Below are positions 25,605 to 38,358 of a stretch of 64,000 nucleotides of DNA, in pieces (position 1 is the stretch's first letter; each line of letters begins with the position of its first letter). Origin of the DNA: Phoronis australis (lineage: Eukaryota > Animalia > Phoronida); contig NMRA01000432.1 in the NCBI GenBank assembly GCA_002633005.1, positions 64,942 to 128,941 on the forward strand, in the 5' to 3' direction. Below the pieces are notes generated by a model. That model was not told where the DNA came from. It ran no database searches and saw only the letters and a list, made by a program, of their open reading frames with translations. A program made the position numbers and the translations under genes.

Positions 25605-26923
25605 TTAAAGGGAGAAACAAATGGTTTTTGTTGACACCTTTTGTAAAATCATAGATCCCAGGTTTAATCATAGAAAGAGGTTTTCTGCGTTACTGTTCTT
25701 CTTGCATGTATTTGCAATTCATACAACAACGCAAAGTGACATAAACAGCCCAGCAAAAAGCTCATGTTATGGTTCTGCATTTTCGTCCATTCAGCTGAAT
25801 GTCAGTGAATTCAGAGTCGAGATGTGTGTTTTTTGCTGGGCTGCTTGTTACTTTCTATTGTTGCACGGATTGTTAAAAACTCCAGGGCAACAATAATTAA
25901 CATGGACAAATGTCTCCATGACAACCAAGTATCTATAGTCTTACTCAAAGTAACATGAAATACGGTTGCTTTAGGATTGTAAACAAATTTGATTTTGATA
26001 GCTGTTGTGCTCATCAAATATTGCCCAAAAGTCTCCCAACAACACAAAGCCCTGCTGTTTGTTAACACACCCTTTCTGTTGAGTGAGTCACCTGTCAATA
26101 GTATCATTTTGAAGTTTTGAGCATATTTATTCAATGTTATGCTGTGTAAAAATGAGATTGTGTAAGAAAATTTTTGTCAGAATGTGAGATTAATCCAGTG
26201 TATAAGCCGGCAGCAGGCCAGACTAGAGTCCTCACTCCGGTCGAAGACAAACTTGTCAAGTTGTGCAGGGCCGCAAACCAATGAGAGAATCAATTGTATT
26301 AGAAGACCTGCCATAAGTTTACCAAAACTTAACAAATTTGCTGCTTATCTTGCCTAAAATTCTGAAAGTTCATGTGTGGGTGTATGGGTGACCTGCTGAC
26401 ACAAGTTTTAATACAGAAAGTTTGTTGACTTCTCTTTAATGGACTATTTCTCTTGGCTATCAAAAACAACATTTAATCAAAAAGCACACGGTCAAGTCTC
26501 GACAACATAGGTTTAATGTCGTGAATCACATGAACAGATCCACCTTGATATCAAGTTTCAGAAAAACTGTGGATTGACAGCTGGTTACCTAGTTACCTCG
26601 ACATGTGAGAGAAAGTCATCTTAATTAGAGTACATGGAGTCGTCAATTCTCATAAGCTCAAGTGACCGCCACCTGTCGAAATTTCTTGTGGCATGTTCGT
26701 CAGTTTTGAAGGCAGAGGTGTTTCCATTTCGTCAAATTTCGCAAAAATCAATTTCTGAGAAGAACTGTTTCATTATTAGTATGGTTGGCCACTACTGAAA
26801 AGTTGTACTCATGGCATTGGTGAAATTACTGTTTTGTAAATTATTTTTGTGTACATCATTTCACTCAACTGTTTCAGTCACCAGTCACCCAGTGTTCACA
26901 CCTGGTTTATGTTCACGTTTCAG

Positions 26924-27027
26924 GTGTGCTACATCTGTGAACAACACAGTCGAGCTGGTAAGGCTGCCACTGGTGCCTGCATGCAGTGCAACAAACCTGG
27001 CTGTCGACAATTCTTCCACGTCACCTG
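26924..27027 (+). CDS. MLLT10: AF10 exon 5 (PHD2)
   Basis: VCYICEQHSRAGKAATGACMQCNKPGCRQFFHVT(C). Confidence 0.96.
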
Positions 27028-27974
27028 GTAATTATTCCAAGCTGTGATAGAACCAGTAATGTTGCATCGATGGATATTATGTGAGGCCCTGTCGGCGTGC
27101 TACGATTTTTGTAAAGCAGTCATCGACCAATGGTTGAGCACCCCTTCACATGGTGGGGTCACCCCATTGCAGTTGTGCCAACAAGTGTCGAGAGTTGCTA
27201 CAGTTTGTATGTAGAGTCCTAGTCACTAGTCATGGCATACTGCCGGTGTCCCTGTGATGAGAACTTGGATGTCTCAAGGAAATTATAAGTAAATGATCTT
27301 GTGTATGGATAATTAAGAGGCTCGGAATTTTTGTCCGCGGCCATAAAAATGAATTTATTCGGATTTCAGCTTGAAAGGGTCCTAAATTTAAGCTATTGAC
27401 CTTAATAATCTTTGTTTCTGGCCCTAAACTCCAGTTTTCAGTCATTGAGGATGTTTTTAAATCCTTTTCTCAAAGGTCGCGAACAAATTTTTATCGGCAT
27501 TTCGAGTTTACTGCTGTCAGCATTTCGGTTTATAGCGATAAAACTCGGGTAATAGTTCGTGAAGTCAGGGGTAGTTCTGCATTTTTTCACAGGGGTACAA
27601 TTCAATGCATTTCTTTTGCTGCAGTGGTACTTTTCTGTGCCATCTACTGTTTGAATGGAGAACCTGCCAAACGGTTCCATCGAGAGGAGGGTAAATATAA
27701 TTGAATTATATCGTGACTGCTGCCATTTCGCAAGTCCCAAAACTGAGAATGTGGGAAGACTGTTTTCAATAGAATTTGGCTGAAGGTCGAACTGTACCAA
27801 GACCTGGGTAGCGGAATGCTAGTAAAGTACACATAAAGCGTTATGTTTTGTATGCAACAAAGAAATTTTTCTGATAAAGATGGACCTGGGTGCTAGGAAA
27901 ACGCTTGCGTCTTCAGCAAAACACATCAGGTGATGGCTATGAAACCATCAAACATTCTTTGTAAGTCGTTCGCA

Positions 27975-28105
27975 GTGACTGCTTATTGACAAGAATTGTT
28001 TTCAAGACACTGATTGCTGGCTGAGAACTGTTCTAAAGACACTGACTGCTATTGATACGAACTGTTTTTAAACACTGACTGCTTATTGATCACACACTGA
28101 TTGTT
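27975..28105. repeat. Degenerate minisatellite, about 32-35 bp units
   Basis: Repeated acactgactgct(t)attga...actgtt. Confidence 0.6.
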
Positions 28106-28975
28106 AAATAAGAGACTTACACTTGTAGTTTTGCATTTAAAGTTAATTATAACTAAAGCAAACTTGAAGGTGGTAATACAGTCGTATGCATTGTATTTGA
28201 TTTCATTATCATGTTGTCATCATGCACTCTTTTGCATGCAAGCAGTCATTGACAAAGCCATATATTAGTATTAATTAGCCCTAAAAAGAACTGAAATTGG
28301 GTTGTCAAAAGTTTGTATGAACCATGTGCACTCCTTAGTAGCCATTTTCATCAGCTTATCTGTTTTGACGTCAGCGTCTTTGTGTGCCAAACTGCTTGAA
28401 GGATGGTTATAAATTTTTACAGATGTACTTCTATTGAGGTGTTTGCAATTCACGTGCATTTTCTGTCCTAATGCTGTTGCGATCCCAACTGCTATTACGA
28501 GAACCAATTATTTTTTTTCTCTCTCTCAATGTCTTTCATTTTCTTGAGCAGTCTGAGAGAGTACGGCTGATGTTGATTTTGGAATGAGCCCAACTAGTGT
28601 GGACTCCCTTGGTTGCAGTTAGGTTTTCTTTGCGTATTTGCCAATTTCACGGTTCTATCAGGGAGATGACTGCGTTTGCCTTCTTTCAAAAGGATTTGAC
28701 TGATGACGTGTGCCGTTACGGCGTTTTTATTTCATACGTTACATGATACTAATTAACATTATTTGTTAACTAGCATTTTGAACATTTGGCATCAGTTCAT
28801 TGTTGGCTTAGGATACAAACCATCACATTGTTAACTCAGCTTTTTGAACAATACACTATTTCAAATGAGTTTGAATTTTCTATAGGGGAGAGAACTGGCT
28901 ACTAGTAATAGTAGTATTAGTATGGTTATTATTGGTATTAATGTCATGTTTTAATGCTGACCATTGATGTTCCAG

Positions 28976-29066
28976 TGCCCAGTCTGTTGGTCAGCTGTGT
29001 GAGGAAGCTGGACAGTGTGGCAATGTCAAGTATTGTGGCTACTGCGTCCATCACTACAAGAAACTG
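28976..29066 (+). CDS. MLLT10: AF10 exon 6 (PHD2 end)
   Basis: (C)AQSVGQLCEEAGQCGNVKYCGYCVHHYKKL. Confidence 0.95.
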
Positions 29067-29579
29067 GTGAGTGCCTATGGTCTTCTGGTCAAACAGTAAT
29101 ATTATGTACACTTTTTGTTTGTCGTTTTGTGTAATAACAGTAACGTGAGTCAACTGAAACTGAATCCATCCAGTTGAACACTAAGATGTGTGCAATAAAC
29201 CAAATGCAACGAAACCTTATTGAGTGAAAGGAAATTTTTAGAAAATCGGTGGTTTTTTCATAGCTAAACTTGGCTTTGTCATGAGTGGATACCGTGCAAT
29301 GCATAGCAGGGTGGCTCTGTTTTATAACAGACCAAAAAAATAACAAGTATGTAACACTTCACAATACTGCAGCAGTTGAATGTTACTTATTTTTTAACCA
29401 ATGTGATTTTATGTCCAAAAAGAACCCACAAGGGCACTCTTTCTTTATGAGGGATCTCAAAAGTCCTGGCCACGACAAACACTAAATTGTTCCATGTCAT
29501 CTGCTATCGACGTAACATGGTGTCAAACCCTTGCATGATTATGGTGTTGTTATCATGCAACTCTGTGTTTGTTCTGCAG

Positions 29580-29678
29580 AGGAAAGACTCCAGTGTTAAA
29601 GTTATTCCCCCATTCCAGCCTATACCCAATGACAATGCTACCCCGGAGTCAACCCCAGAGAAGAAGTTAAAGCAAAAG
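29580..29678 (+). CDS. MLLT10: AF10 exon 7
   Basis: ctgcag/gtatgc, phase 0-0. RKDSSVKVIPPFQPIPNDNATPESTPEKKLKQK. Confidence 0.88.
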
Positions 29679-29711
29679 GTATGCTCGAAGAAAAATCCAA
29701 GTTCATGTTCT

Positions 29712-29885
29712 TTATGCACCCACACTTTTAGATGTTGGTGCATATTGTTGTCATCTCTGTCTGGGCATCCGGTGTCCGCAGCTGTATCTCTTAAACCCCT
29801 TGCAGGATCATAATAAGATGACGTCAGCTGACAACAACGTTTGGGCTGATATGACTGCTGCAGTGCCCCTAGTGACAATTTTAGT
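29712..29885 (+). mobile_element. HINE family 5' fragment
   Basis: ttatgcacccac...ggtgcatattgttgtcatctctgtctgggcatccgg...gtgcccctagtgacaa. Confidence 0.6.
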
Positions 29886-30254
29886 TAATTTTTACTGTTC
29901 TTATTCGTCGATTATTTCGGTACTTAATAGATCATGATGTGTGACCTAGAGGCAATTTGTTTACAGGTGTTGCTCTCTCTTGTAGGAATTTTGAAACAAT
30001 GAGCACCCCTAGTATCTGCCATTTGCAATGCTTTCGAAGGACACATACCAACATTCTTGTTCATTAATCGATATTCACAGTAAAGCATTGTGTGAATTTT
30101 TATTCCTTGTCTGGGAGGGAGCTGATGTTGTGTCTGTTGAACTGTTGTTGGCTCTCAAAACACTGAAGACCGAAAATGCCTAAAGAATAAAACCTAACGT
30201 GTACAATGCAAGATATAATTCAAGCATAATTTTAAAATATTGTGGGTGGTTGCA

Positions 30255-31778
30255 TTTTTATGCGCCCACTTATTTATATGTGGACGCATTATGCCGTCAT
30301 CTCCGTCCGTCCGTACGGGCGGCGTCCGTCTGGCGTCCGGCGTCCGCTGCTCTATCTCCAAAACCCTTTGACATATGTTTGGCACATATGTTCCATTCAT
30401 GAATGGGACGGCATGTGCGAACTTTCAGATGGATCTGACTACCGGTGTGCCCCCTAGTGGCAATTTTAGTTTTTTACGCTTACCTTTGTATCTTCAAAAG
30501 TCCTGAACAGATTTTCATGAAATTTGGTATGTAGGCACTTATTAGTGAGATGACGCTATCCTCCCGTTTTCAGATGGATTCGACATAGTTTGCGCCACCT
30601 AGTGGCCATTTTTAGTGTTTTCGAGTGTGTTTTTGTGCGTCAACCCCTGTATCAACCAAACCGCCCAAAGGATGATTGTGAAAATTGGCATGTATATGCT
30701 TACTATGTAGAGGACGGTTGACGATGATTTTCCGACAATTTCGACTACTGTGGCGCCTCCTAGTGGCAGTTTTGTTTTTTTTTCGCCCATTGGTGTATCT
30801 CCTAAACCGTTCGCAGGATCTTTACGAAATTGTGTAAGTATATTTATATGATGTTAACAACGGAAGATGACGACTTTTGGACGGATCCGACTACCGGTGT
30901 GCCCCCTAGTGGCAATTTTAGTTTTTTACGCTTACCTTTGTATCTTCAAAAGTCCTGAACGGATTTTCATGAAATTTGGTATGTAGGCACCTATTAGTGA
31001 GATGACGCTATCCTACTGTTTTCAGATGGATTCGACGTAGTTTGCGCCACCTAGTGGCCATTTTTACTGTTTTCGAGTCTGTATTTTTGCGTCCACCCCT
31101 CTATCAACCAAACCGCTCAAAGGATGATTGTGAAAATTGGCGTGTATGTGCTTACTATAAGGAAGACAGCTGACAATGATTTTCAGACGATTTGGACTAC
31201 TGTGGCGCCTCCTAGTGGCAGTTTTGTTTTTTTGCGCCCATGGCTGTATCTCCCAAACCGTTTGCAGGATCTTTACTAAATTTAGCAAGTGTATTTATGT
31301 GATGTTGACAACGGACGATGACGACTTTAGGATGATTCTGATTACCGGTATGCCTCTAGTGGCAATTTTAGTATTTGCCTCTAGTGGCAATTTTAGTATT
31401 TTACATTGACCTCTGTATTTTCATAGGTCTTCAGGTGTATACTTTGTGTTACTTCGTGACTATGAAGGAAAAGTTCCAAGTAGAAATTTATTTCTGGCAT
31501 TCTAATGCTGTGCTAATCTCGTATGTTGGTAAATTTGTTTTTAATTCTATGTTTCTCTGGTGCTTTAAGCAACTGATGTGCTTGTATTATGAAGATCACT
31601 CACATTTTGAAACCTAGCCTATTGAGGAGACAATGACCATACCTTTCCATTTTGCAAAGTACAACATACTACATATATGCCCTCTACTGGCCACTTTATG
31701 GTACCAATAAACAATCCTAGAAGGATACCTTATACGGTGCAATTGTGGGCGCATTTCAACGCTCTGCGTTGCTCTTGT
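30255..31778 (+). mobile_element. Young full-length HINE (Helentron/DINE-1-like non-autonomous element)
   Basis: 5' TTTTT + subTIR atgcgcccac, short IR gtggacgcat, (GTCC)n tract, central 452-bp higher-order repeat, 3' subTIR gtgggcgcat, hairpin caacgc-tct-gcgttg, end ctcttgt. Confidence 0.85.
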
Positions 31779-32071
31779 ACATTTCAGCGTAATTAAAAAT
31801 GATGGGTGGTGGGTTGTAGAAATAATTGTAGAAAAATATGGGTGGTGAGTAAAAAATGAAAGTGCTTCCCCCCTCTTGTACAAATTTTGCCTGAACAGCC
31901 CTAAGGAGGCTAAGCACCATTGTCAAAAGTCAGTAGCAGTTAGTGTAGCTGTTAACAGAAATAGCCGTCATGATAGGAAAATGGTATGTTGTCTGATTAC
32001 TTTTGTCTTGTACTCTCTGCTTGCTGTGAGTGACAACCCCTGAACCTCACTGTTTTTGGTTCTTTATTTAG

Positions 32072-32520
32072 CTTGAAGAGGAGAACAACATTGAGTCTAT
32101 TAAAAAAGAGGAGGACGTGTCCTCTGAATCGCCCATCAGTGTGGGATGCTTGGAGAGCAAAATGGACACATCGGTGGAGAACACTAGGGAATGCAAACCA
32201 GTTAGTGTAATAACTACAATCAGTGCTGAACCAGTTGAGGATGAAATGACGCCCAGCCAGGCACCCTCTGTCTCTCCTCAAAATGCTCAGCATCATGGAA
32301 GCATACCTCCAAAATCAGAGGGAGTCAACGAGGCGGTTTCCTTGATGACCCCTGCTGCTACCTCTGTTGCCATAGGGACAAGTATTGTTGCCACGCATCA
32401 GGTGCCAACGGTGGTGAACAGTGTTGATTCCACAGTGAAAGAGATTGTCGTGAACTCCACAGAAAGTGAGCTGGTTCCAGATGGCACCGCGATCTCAGGG
32501 CCTAAACCTAAACGTGCAAG
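32072..32520 (+). CDS. MLLT10: AF10 exon 8 (low-complexity S/T/E/P region)
   Basis: tttag/gtgagt, 449 nt open, phase 0-2. LEEENNIESIKK...GPKPKRA(R). Confidence 0.85.
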
Positions 32521-32697
32521 GTGAGTGCAAGTGCTTGCAGAAGTGTCAACCTAAATGAAATAAGTGTTCGGTAGGACCTTCTTTGCAAGTCATTGTATTG
32601 AGCCTAATATTTACGATTTGAACTTGGTTAAGTACCAATATTCTGAATTTAAAAATCCTTTTTACAAACCCATAATTGATTGGGTCACATGACTATC

Positions 32698-35600
32698 TTT
32701 TTTATGCGTCCACATATCTATATGTGAGCACATTATGCTGTTATCTCTCTCTCTCTCTGTCTCGTCTGACTGGCCGCCATCCACTGCTGTATCTCCAAAA
32801 CCCTGCAATGTATTTTTATGAAATTTTGTGGGTATGTACCTATCATAGATGGGTCGGCGTGAGTAAATTTTTGGACGGATCCGACAACTAGGATGTCCCC
32901 TAGTGGCTATTTAATTTTTTATGTTTGCGTCTGTATCTTCAGTGTTCCTTAATGGATTTTCGTGAGATTTGGCAAATAGCTATCTATTAGGAAGGTGACG
33001 CCACCTTCACGTTTTCAAATAGATTTGACATATTTTGGCCATTATTACTGTTTTCTTTTCGAGTCTGGTTTTTGTCATCTGCCCCTGTGTGGACCAAACT
33101 ACTGTAAGGGTGGTCATGAAAATTGACCGATATGTGCCCCCTGGGAAGAGGACCGCTGACAATGATTTTTGGACATCTCCAACTATATTGGCTCCTACTA
33201 GTAGGATTTTTTGCGTCCACGGCTGTATTTGCTAGACCCTCTGCAGGATCTTTATTAAATTTGGCGAGTGTATTTATGTGCATGTGAGAACAAGTGACGA
33301 CAACGTTCAGATGTATCCAACAAGTGCTGTCTTTCCTAGTGGCAATAATATTTTTTTGTATGTAACCGAGTGGAGGTTTTTATAATAACAACAATATTGT
33401 TTTTTTATAGCAATAGTAATATTTTTCAGTCTTGTTTTTGTTGTGTGCCTCTGTGTCAGCCAAACCACTCATAGGATGGCTATGTCTCCTAAATCCTGTT
33501 CAGGATCGTTAAATTTGTCTAGTGTATTTGTATGAAGGTGACAGTGGGTGACGACGATGTTTCGACTCCCACTGTGCCAACTTGTGGCAAATTATTCTAC
33601 TCCATTTTCCTCAGTATCTTTGGAGTTCCTTGGTTGATTTTTTATTTATAAAATTTGACAAATATGTTTCTATGAATGAGATGATGACACTTTTTCGTTT
33701 TCAAGTGAATTTGACATTAGTGCGCGCCTCATAGTGGCGTTTTTTTTTCATTATGCTTTATTCTATTTTTATGCGCCCACATATTTATATGTGGACGCAT
33801 TATGCCGTCATGTCCTTCCGTCCGTCCGTACGGGTGGCGTCCGTCCGGCGTCCGCTGCTCTATCTCCAAAACCCTTTGACATATGTTCATGAAATTTGGC
33901 ACATATGTTCCATTCATGAATGAGACGGCATGTGCGAACTTTCGGACGGATCCGACTACCGGTGTGCCCCCTAGTGGCAATTTTAGTTTCTTACGCTTAC
34001 CTTTGTATCTTCAAAAGTCCTGAACGGATTTTCATGAAATTTGGTATGTAGGCACCTATTAGTGTGATGACGCTATCCTGCCGTTTTCAGATGGATTCGA
34101 CATAGTTTGCGCCAACTAGTGGCCATTTTTAGTGTTTTCGTGTCTGTTTTTGTGCGTCCACCCCTCTATCAACCAAACCGCTCAAAGGATGATTGTGAAA
34201 ATTTTCATGTATATGCTTACTATGTAGAGGACGGTTGACGATGATTTTCCGACGATTTCGACTACTGTGCCGCCTCCTAGTGGCAGTTTTTTTTTTTTCG
34301 CCTATGGCTGTATCTCCTTAACCGTTAGCAGGATTATTACGAAATTTAATAAGTGTATTTATATGATGTTAATAACAGACGATGACAACTTTTGGACGGA
34401 TCCGCCTACCAATGTGCCCCCTAGTGGCAATTTCATTTTTTTATGTTTACCGCTGTATCTTCACAAGTCCTTAACGGATTTTCATGAAATTTGGTATGTA
34501 GGCACCTATTAGTGAGATGACGCTATCCTCCTGTTTTCAGATGGATTCGACATAGTTTGCACCACCTAGTGGCCATTTTTACTGTTTTCGAGTCTGTATT
34601 TTTGCGTCCACCCCTCTATCAACCAAACCGCTCAAAGGATGATTGTGAAAATTGGCGTGTATGTGCTTACTATAAGGAAGACAGCTGACAATGATTTTCA
34701 GACGATTTGGACTACTGTGGCGCCTCCTAGTGGCAGTTTTGTTTTTTTGCGCCCATGGCTGTATCTCCCAAACCGTTTGCAGGATCTTTACTAAATTTAG
34801 CAAGTGTATTTATGTGATGTTGACAATGAACGATGGCGACTTTAGGATGATTCTGACTACCGGTATGCCTCTAGTGGCAATTTAAGTATTTTACATTGAC
34901 CTCTGTATTTTCATAGGTCTTCAGGTGTATACTTTGTGTTACTTCGTGACTATGAAGGAAAAGTTCCAAGTAGGAATTTATTTCTGGCATTCTAATGCTG
35001 TGCTAATCTAGTATGTTGGTAAATCTGTTTTTAGTTCTATGTTTCTGTGGTGCTTTAAACAACTGATGTATAGGATATGCTTGTATTATGAAGATCACTC
35101 ACATTTTGCCCCTAGCCTATTGAGGAGACAATGACCATGCCTTTCCATTTTGCAAAGTACAACATACTTCATATATGCCCTCTACTGGCCACTTTATGGT
35201 ACCAATAAACAACCCTAGAAGGATACCGTATACGGTGCAATTGTGGGCGCATTTCAACCCTCTGCGTTGCTCTTGTTGGATTTCATATTTCTATCGGCGA
35301 AAACACTTTTAGAATCGTTATGCAAATTGGTAAATGTGTTCCTAGTTGGAAGAGCATTGTTGACGATTTTTGGCCAGTTTGACTACTGTGGCGCACCCTA
35401 GTGGGAGTTTGTTTTTTACGCATCCTCAGCTGTTTTTCCCTGCTAGATCTTTGTGTAATTTAGCAGGTGTTTTTTATGAATATGACTACAAGTGATGACA
35501 TTTGGACTTAACTGACTACCACTTTGCCCGCAGTGCCTCAGTGTACTTTTTATTGGTTGTCAAGCGCGTTCTTATTGAGAGCATTTGTGACTTGCTATGC

Positions 35601-35739
35601 GCCCCCTAGGGGTTATTTTACGTTTATTAGCATTGCTCCATTTAGTGAGAGTGTTTAAAATTATAGTAATCATCCCTTGTGCTTACACTATATACGATGC
35701 ACAAGGTGGGCGCATATCAACGCTCTCCATTGCGCTTGT
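32698..35739 (+). mobile_element. Old HINE copy hosting a nested young copy
   Basis: Diverged 5' end tttatgcgtccac...gtgagcacat and 3' end gtgggcgcatatcaacgctctccattgcgcttgt. Confidence 0.7.
33766..35277 (+). mobile_element. Young full-length HINE nested in an older HINE
   Basis: Near-identical to 30255-31778, including both ends. Confidence 0.85.
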
Positions 35740-36182
35740 AATAAAATGTAGTAAAAAAGAAAGGTGCATACATACAAAAAGAACAATAACATGACAAAAC
35801 TTTATTTCATATAAATCTTCGGGTGATATCTTAAAAATAATGTTACAGTTTTGAAAAATCTCATTGCATTTTTGTTTGATGCAACTCTAGAGTAGTTTCA
35901 TTTAAATAGTGAAGGTCGATGTAGCCCCTTATGCAAAAGTGGAAGAACACTGCATACAGAATAGTATCTGAAAGTTTCACATGAATCCAATCAACCATTT
36001 GTGAGAAGTTAGTTTGTTAGCAAAATTTGGACTTTGTTCTAGGATCCTACATAGTGGTGAAAAATTTCCTGAGCTGGAGTATGTTATGGATTGTGCAAAT
36101 TGGTGTTTCATGTCTCCTAGATTTGAGCTACAAACCTGAATGGAAATTCAAAATTTTGAGTAAAATTTGGAGATATCAAGTT

Positions 36183-36396
36183 GATACTCAAACTGTTTGT
36201 CTAGTTTAGTCTATACTCAAACTGTCTGTGTCTAGTTTAGTCTATACTCAAACTGTCTGTGTCTAGTTTAGTCTATACTTAAACTGCCTGTGTCTAGTTT
36301 AGTCTATACTCAAACTGTCTGTGTCTAGTTTAGTCTATACTTAAACTGCCTGTGTCTAGTTTAGTCTATACTCAAACTGTCTGTGTCTAGTTTAGT
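36183..36396. repeat. 31-bp minisatellite, about 7 copies
   Basis: Unit ctatactcaaactgtctgtgtctagtttagt. Confidence 0.95.
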
Positions 36397-36706
36397 CCTT
36401 CTTGTGTGGGAGGTGGCCATCTATATGGAGAATATTCTGTTGTTGTCATTGTCCTTGTCCTCTTCCTCGTCACGAATGTTTTAGATTGATATGGACAAGT
36501 GAAAACGATGTGCAAATCTGAAGAATTTTCAAAAGATGTATCCGAACTCTGAAGAAAAAAGTTCTTTTTCGAGACAAATGTGTTAATTTGTATTTTCGAA
36601 TTTCTTAATTCCATGTTTGTATGTACAGTCCTGTGATTCATTAAAAAAAAATTTAATTTTTACTGGCGTAATTTCTGGCATTGTTGACTGACTGTTTGCA
36701 CTTTAG

Positions 36707-36892
36707 ACCTACTGATAAAGAGAAAAAGATCAAAAAGCCCAGAATTCCCAATGCCAATAAAGCCAAAACTGTCAAGGAGTTCCTGTTGAAGCCAGGAGAG
36801 GGTGATGAGTCGTCTCTACTATCACCAACACTCAAGAAGAAGGCACCACGGAAACCTCGTAAGAACAGTACGTCGTCTTCCTTAAATCACGG
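36707..36892 (+). CDS. MLLT10: AF10 exon 9 (basic, NLS-like)
   Basis: ctttag/gtgagg, phase 2-2. PTDKEKKIKKPR...KKKAPRKPRKNSTSSSLNH(G). Confidence 0.85.
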
Positions 36893-37879
36893 GTGAGGAT
36901 ATGTTGCAACAAATTGTGCCTTATACAAAGAGTAAATACTGAAATGAATTGAAGAATTCTAGTCAAATACAGTAAAACACAAAAGTAATCTGACAAAATG
37001 CCATTTCCTGTCATGACGGCTAATTCTTTTCACGGCAAAATGTCTGGTTATAACTAAGTTGGGTGCAAAATTCTAATTGCATAATGGCGTAGTCACATTT
37101 GCTAATTTGCCTTCATTCTCAAGACAACTCTTGACGATGAATTCAGCTTCTGCTCCGCCATCATGGGGAATTCCAGGTCATTGTGTCTGAATACTTTTGG
37201 CTTGTACTGTAGGTGACATTCAAGTTGCAGTCTCAGGCCTTTGACCTTTTTACGGATAGCATGAGACGGTGTATGCATAAAGGATTCTGGGATAGAGGTC
37301 ACCTGAAACAGCACCGCTAGTAAACAGATAAACGATCCATAGAGATTATTTTGTTGTTGCAGTATTTCAATCAACTAGAAATTAAGTTGGTCATACAGTA
37401 GTTTTCAAAATATACTTAGCAAAACTCTGTCAAACTTGGATAAAACTCTTGCAAGAAATATTTGGCGGTTTGGTCGAACTTTTGTGGCAACAGGGTTCGT
37501 GTAGAACTTAAGTCAGAGTTTTATACGACTTAATTGTGCCTAGCCACGAATTGTTCATTGGTGCACAGAAAATCGTTGTGAATTTGACAACGTAGACAGA
37601 GCAATGTTTGCCAAGAGTTTATTGAGATTTAGCAAGATCAAAACGGATTTTAGACGAAAAATTAATGGGTGTTCATTTGGGTTTTGTGCGCAGAAACTTC
37701 GTCAGATTTCTACTTCGTCCAGTTTATTTTGAAAACTACTGTAGACACGTGTAAACAGGTGCTTCTACCCGAAGTGAACTGCCGGTTTACTAAGCACATC
37801 ATCTCCTGCTTGACTCTCTGGCTTCTCTATATATTCTCATGTCAAGTCTTTGCCCTGAGATACATTGGCATAAAAAATC

Positions 37880-38220
37880 TGCTATCGTTCAAAAGTTTAA
37901 TCTCTCTGTCTCACCCCTGTACAACTCTATTTCCACCACTATCATTCAAAAGTTTTATCTCTCTGTCTCACTCCTGTACAACTATTTCCACCACTATCGT
38001 TCAAAAGTTTAATCTCTCTGTCTCACTCCTGTACAACTCTATTTCCACCACTATCATTCAAAAGTTTAATCTCTCTGTCTCTCTCCTGTACAACTTTATT
38101 TCCACCACTATCATTCAAAAGTTTAATCTCTCTGTCTCACTCCTGTACAACTCTATTTCCACCACTATCGTTCAAAAGTTTTATCTCTCTGTCACTCTCC
38201 TGTACAACTCTATTTCCACA
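37880..38220. repeat. 57-bp minisatellite, about 6 copies
   Basis: Unit ctatcgttcaaaagtttaatctctctgtctcactcctgtacaactctatttccacca. Confidence 0.95.
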
Positions 38221-38358
38221 ACTTTCATCCTTTGTCCTCACTTCCCACCTTCGTTCCTCGTCATTTTCTACCTCCAAGTTTATTTTTATCCTCGCCACCC
38301 ATAACTCCACTACATCTTCATTTTTGCTCCCAAAACTCATTTATTTTTGGTTTAGTCC

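Noticed and set aside
30194-34885. Recurrent short ORFs (e.g. MLNLVKILQTVWEIQPWAQ... twice) as a peptide gene family
   Set aside because: Chance frames within near-identical HINE copies; not preserved in the older copies.
36183-36396. Regular 31-bp repeats (also the 57-, 33- and 25-bp arrays) as a CRISPR-like array
   Set aside because: Units are contiguous with no unique spacers, lie in eukaryotic introns and have no cas genes nearby; ordinary minisatellites.
37669-38304. 211-aa ORF
   Set aside because: Open only because the 57-bp unit is a multiple of three; intronic, with no domain signature.
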